A DNA stretch of 64,000 nt from sequence record SRR20825010_2136. One strand, written 5' to 3'. The position numbers and the translations under genes were made by a program. How positions within the stretch are numbered: the first letter of the stretch is position 1; each line of letters begins with the position of its first letter. Positions 60,140 through 64,000 of this stretch are shown here, piece by piece. The notes below the pieces were generated by a model. The model was not told the origin of the DNA. It made no database searches and saw only the letters and a list, made by a program, of their open reading frames with translations.

Positions 60140-62548
60140 TTATTCGTAGCGAAGGGAATCAATTGGGTTTGATAAGGTTGATTTGACCGAGTGAAATGAA
60201 ACGGTAACGGCCACCACCAAAAGACAGATACTTGTGGAAAGCAGGAAAATATCGGCTGTTATGGAAGTGCTATAAGCAAAACCCGAAAGCCACTGATCCA
60301 TAAAGTAATAAGATATAGGTAGCGAAATGGCTGTGCTCAGCACAATCAACCAAATGGTTTGTCGGTTTAAAAGAATGAGTACATCGGAGAAACCTGCTCC
60401 TAGTACTTTTCTAATGCCAATTTCCTTAGTTCGATTGGCCATATTAATACCCGTTAAGCCAAAGAGCCCAATACAGGCTATGATTACCCCAAGTACAGAG
60501 GCTACATTAATAATCTCTTTCCATTTTTGGCTGTCCTTGTAGCGGCTGTTGAGGTAGTCGTTAAGAAAGCTAACCTCAATTTCCTTTTCAGGAACGATTT
60601 TCTCTGCGGCAGCTTTAATGGCAGCTATCCCCGCTTCAGTTTTCCCCGCTCCAATTTTTACGAACAAATCCGAAAGACCATTGCTATTGGCAACATTGAA
60701 ACGAAAAGGCCCGATAGATTTCTGAAGTGATTCAAAATGAAAATCGTTTACTACACCTTGAATATCTTTTTGCGTAGCATTATACATTGCGGTATCTGAC
60801 TTGTAAAGATCAAAGAGCGTTTTATTTATTATGCTTCTGCTCTCCAATGCCTCTATTCCCATTTCCTCACTAAAATATTCTCCTTCCAAAAGTGGAATGC
60901 CAAAGGCTTCAAAGAAATCGAAATCAACCCGAGCGCTTTGTACCCAGTATTGCACGTTGTTAATCACAATACTGCCCCGACTCGTTGAAGGAGTGAAAAT
61001 CCCGTTCACACCAGTAACTGATTCAATAGCTGTATTTGAAGTCAGCTCCTGCTTCATCAATTGAGTTTTTCCCCAAAGTCCACGAACGTAAACAATCTGT
61101 TCTTTGTTAAACCCTAAATCTTTGGTATTCATATAATCGAACTGGCGCGTCATGGCCAATCCCATTGAAATAAAGAAGAGGCAAAGCACAAATTGAAACA
61201 CTACCATTGACTTAATTAAAGCAGGTTTAATTTTGTAAGTAGTATTTCCCTTAAGGCCATTCACCACCTTAAACCTTGATAAAACTTGAGCAGGATAAAT
61301 GCCAGCTAAAAAAGCCAACAATAAAGAAAAAAGCAGACTAAAACTGAGTATTTGAATGTTTTCAGATATGCTTAACTCAATTGACTTACCAGCCAACTCA
61401 TTGAATCTAGGCAGCACTAGTTGCATTAAAGTAAAACCACCTACAACGGAGAAGGCAGAAATAAGGAGCGCCTCAATATAAAACTGAGTCCGCAAATAAC
61501 CTCCATGTGCTCCCATTACTTTCCTTACAGAAACTTCGAGTTGCCTGCTTCCCGAAGAAGCCACATTGATAGAAAGGTAATTGATACAGGCAATCAGGAG
61601 GATGAGTAATCCAATACCAATAAGCACAATTGAATAAAGTGGAGATGAGCTCTCTCCATAACTTACGCTAGGATCGAGGTATAAATCTTGAATGTTCTTC
61701 AAACCGTACTGCACAACAGGATTGGATTCTGAAAGCTTGAGCATTTCGCGCTGACTAGAGATTTCATCGGCAAACCTCTCAGTATAAACCTTACTTATTT
61801 TGTTACTTACCAAGCTGGCATTCTCTGGGTTATTGAGAAGTAAAAAGCAAGAAATGGCATTATAATACCAGTTATCTTTATCCTCTTTAAAGTAATCAGA
61901 ATTCGCGAGATTAAGTACTATGTTAAGCTTCAGGGAAGAGTGTACCGGCTTTTCTATTACTCCCGAAATTATGTAAACATCAGGTTGTCCATTTCCACTT
62001 GAAAAGGTTTCTCCCACCACATCTAACCGTCCAAAAAGCGTCATTGCCATTTCGTCTGTGATCACCGCATTTTTCATATCTTTTAGTGCAGTGCTAGGTT
62101 GACCATACAAAAAGGTAAAGCTGAAAGACTCAAAGAAATCTGGTTCTACATAGTTGACAAACTCGAAAAGTTTCTTTTCATCTTTGTTAATACTTATGTA
62201 ATTAGATTCAACCCTAATCACTTTATCAATTTCAGGCACACTTTCTCTCACCAATTCTAAAAAAGGTAAATTGTGAGAAATCCCCTTCTCAATTCCTTTG
62301 TCTGGTGTGGAATCAAACCAACCGAGTTCCAGTTTTGGGTCGTCCGTTTTGAAATCCGTTTTATAGAGAAGAAACAGATTGTCTCCCTTGGCGTGGAATC
62401 CATCATAACTCCACTCATCTTTCACAAATACACAAACCAATAAGCCTATCATCACGGCAATGGACAGGCTCGTGAAATTTATAGTGCTGTATAACCTTCG
62501 CTTGGAAAGGTTTCTAAAGGACATTTTGAGGTGGTTCCTGATCATCAT
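60140..62548 (-). CDS. ABC transporter permease, MacB/FtsX type (paralogue 1)
   Basis: ACINYLS, EVSVRKVMGA, RTKEIGIRKVLGA; ends NPIDSLRYE. Confidence 0.93.
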   Translation of the reverse strand: MMIRNHLKMSFRNLSKRRLYSTINFTSLSIAVMIGLLVCVFVKDEWSYDGFHAKGDNLFLLYKTDFKTDDPKLELGWFDSTPDKGIEKGISHNLPFLELVRESVPEIDKVIRVESNYISINKDEKKLFEFVNYVEPDFFESFSFTFLYGQPSTALKDMKNAVITDEMAMTLFGRLDVVGETFSSGNGQPDVYIISGVIEKPVHSSLKLNIVLNLANSDYFKEDKDNWYYNAISCFLLLNNPENASLVSNKISKVYTERFADEISSQREMLKLSESNPVVQYGLKNIQDLYLDPSVSYGESSSPLYSIVLIGIGLLILLIACINYLSINVASSGSRQLEVSVRKVMGAHGGYLRTQFYIEALLISAFSVVGGFTLMQLVLPRFNELAGKSIELSISENIQILSFSLLFSLLLAFLAGIYPAQVLSRFKVVNGLKGNTTYKIKPALIKSMVVFQFVLCLFFISMGLAMTRQFDYMNTKDLGFNKEQIVYVRGLWGKTQLMKQELTSNTAIESVTGVNGIFTPSTSRGSIVINNVQYWVQSARVDFDFFEAFGIPLLEGEYFSEEMGIEALESRSIINKTLFDLYKSDTAMYNATQKDIQGVVNDFHFESLQKSIGPFRFNVANSNGLSDLFVKIGAGKTEAGIAAIKAAAEKIVPEKEIEVSFLNDYLNSRYKDSQKWKEIINVASVLGVIIACIGLFGLTGINMANRTKEIGIRKVLGAGFSDVLILLNRQTIWLIVLSTAISLPISYYFMDQWLSGFAYSTSITADIFLLSTSICLLVVAVTVSFHSVKSTLSNPIDSLRYE

Positions 62549-62686
62549 ATCTTAATTATTCATGTTCTGCCGTTAATTTCAACATCTTCATAGACGCTCA
62601 TAGCAATGTCCTACAATCATGCCCAAACCACAAACATCTAAATAACAGCATCTTACAGTTTGTTCCATCCCGTTTATCAATTAATC

Positions 62687-62726
62687 CGTATCAATGTGAG
62701 ACAAATGAACGTATCATAATGGTACA
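62687..62726. promoter_or_regulatory. Tandem putative binding sites for the adjacent NtrC-type regulator
   Basis: CGTATC-AATGT-GAGACA (62687-62703) and CGTATC-ATAAT-GGTACA (62710-62726), two 17-bp pseudo-palindromes 23 bp apart in the divergent promoter region. Confidence 0.5.
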
Positions 62727-62766
62727 TTTCATACCTTTATTACCGAAAAAAGAACCATTATGAACA

Positions 62767-64000
62767 ATGTCAAAAATTGACGCCAAAATTCTAGTTTTAG
62801 ACGATGATCAAGGGGTGCTCTATACGGCCAACATGATCTTGAAGCAATATTTCCAAACTGTAATTACTGAAAAAGACCCTGCCAAATTAGACTTCCTTCT
62901 TAACCAACACGAATATGATGTCATTGTATTGGATATGAATTTCTCCTATGGATTGACTGGCGGGAAAGAAGGAATCAAGCTATTGAAAAGAGTTTTGGAA
63001 AAAGACCCAAAAGCACACGTATTAATGAATACCGCCTATGGTGATATTGACATTGCCGTGGAAGCTATGAAAGAAGGTGCTGTTGATTTTTTGGTGAAAC
63101 CTTGGCCGAAAGAAAAATTATTGGCCACCGTATTGGCCATTTATGAGTTGAGTAAAAGTAGAAAGGAAGTTCAAGAGTTAAAGACTGGCCAGAAGATTCT
63201 GATGAAGGATCAACAGAAAGAGTTGAGCGATATAATTTCTGTGAGCCCTGTGATGAAGCCAATTTTTCACACCATTGAAAAAGTAGCCAAAACCGATGCT
63301 AACGTACTTGTTTTGGGTGAAAATGGAACGGGGAAGGAGTTAGTTGCCAGAGCAATTCATTATCAATCTGAAAGGGGCAATGAAAACTTCATCAAGGTGG
63401 ATTTAGGGGCAGTTTCCGCTAGCCTTTTTGAATCTGAGCTATTCGGCCATATAAAAGGTGCTTTTACCGATGCCCATGAAGATCGTCCAGGTAGGTTTGA
63501 ATTGGCTTCAAATGGAACATTGTTTTTGGATGAGATTGGAAACCTATCCTTGCCCCTACAAGCGAAATTATTGACTGCTCTTCAGTTCAAACAAATTAGC
63601 CGTGTGGGCTCTAATAAAGTACTCCCTCTAAATATTCGTTTAGTTTGTGCCACCAATATGCCCCTTTACCAAATGGTAAAACATAATGAGTTCAGACAAG
63701 ATTTGCTCTACAGAATGAATACGGTGGAAATCAAACTTCCTCCTTTGAGAGAAAGAAAAGAGGACATCGCACCATTGGCAAAGCATTTTCTCACCACTTA
63801 CTCCAAAAAGTATCAAAAAGGAAAAATGAGGCTAAATGAAACCACCTTGAATAAACTACTCGGTTATAGCTGGCCAGGAAATATTCGTGAACTTCAACAC
63901 GCCATTGAAAGGGCCGTAATTATGGCCAATTCTCCTCTTTTAGCCCCTGAGGACTTCCTCTTGAAAGACGACAGTATTGAAGGCAGTAGTCAGCCCGAAT
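62767..64000 (+). CDS. Sigma-54-dependent (NtrC family) response regulator, runs off the window end
   Basis: Absent from the ORF track because it has no stop in the window. Reads MSKIDAKILVLDDD..., LDMNF, TAYG, GENGTGKE, ESELFGH, GAFTDA, LFLDEIG, FRQDLLYR, WPGNIREL. Confidence 0.93.
   Translation, partial: MSKIDAKILVLDDDQGVLYTANMILKQYFQTVITEKDPAKLDFLLNQHEYDVIVLDMNFSYGLTGGKEGIKLLKRVLEKDPKAHVLMNTAYGDIDIAVEAMKEGAVDFLVKPWPKEKLLATVLAIYELSKSRKEVQELKTGQKILMKDQQKELSDIISVSPVMKPIFHTIEKVAKTDANVLVLGENGTGKELVARAIHYQSERGNENFIKVDLGAVSASLFESELFGHIKGAFTDAHEDRPGRFELASNGTLFLDEIGNLSLPLQAKLLTALQFKQISRVGSNKVLPLNIRLVCATNMPLYQMVKHNEFRQDLLYRMNTVEIKLPPLRERKEDIAPLAKHFLTTYSKKYQKGKMRLNETTLNKLLGYSWPGNIRELQHAIERAVIMANSPLLAPEDFLLKDDSIEGSSQPE

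Noticed and set aside
62605-62628. Possible sigma-54 promoter for the permease array (minus strand GGGCATGATTGTAGG)
   Set aside because: The -24 GGCA is present but the -12 element is a poor match, so it is too weak to call.
63065-63262. 65-aa minus-strand ORF in the track
   Set aside because: It lies antisense within the NtrC-type regulator that starts at 62767 and runs off the window.
63457-63474. GAFTDA instead of GAFTGA in the enhancer-binding protein
   Set aside because: A common variant in Bacteroidota NtrC-type proteins; not evidence of inactivation.

Overview
A 64-kb chromosomal window from a Bacteroidota bacterium, most consistent with Cytophagales (inferred from TAnnTTTG promoters, a DUF4835/PorD gene, a PD40-OmpA protein and split metH). 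Core genes are rpoZ (3' end), coaBC, porD, recN, an AGCS symporter, a TPR / beta-barrel / SPOR / ExbB / ExbD / TonB operon, holA, katG, kynA, gcdH, priA, metH (two parts) with metF under a SAM-I riboswitch, ppx, four tandem MacB/FtsX-type permeases and an NtrC-type regulator. The 15-18.7 kb and 21-30.5 kb stretches are accessory and rich in REP-like palindromes of several families. The strongest leads are: (1) an AT-rich orphan gene with integron-cassette-like ends, abutting a ~20-nt 3' remnant of a class C group II intron and placed at the foot of a GTAG-type hairpin, with no integrase or reverse transcriptase nearby; (2) a candidate secreted leader/arrest peptide ending IIFPFHTFS between two cation/H+ antiporter genes; (3) a Rieske oxygenase / APC permease / amidinohydrolase cluster that may catabolise methylated arginine or a related compound; (4) an NrtR regulator with three visible operators, apparently controlling two MDR oxidoreductases. 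No tRNA, rRNA, CRISPR array or intact transposase was recognised. All calls were made by eye, with no database searches.
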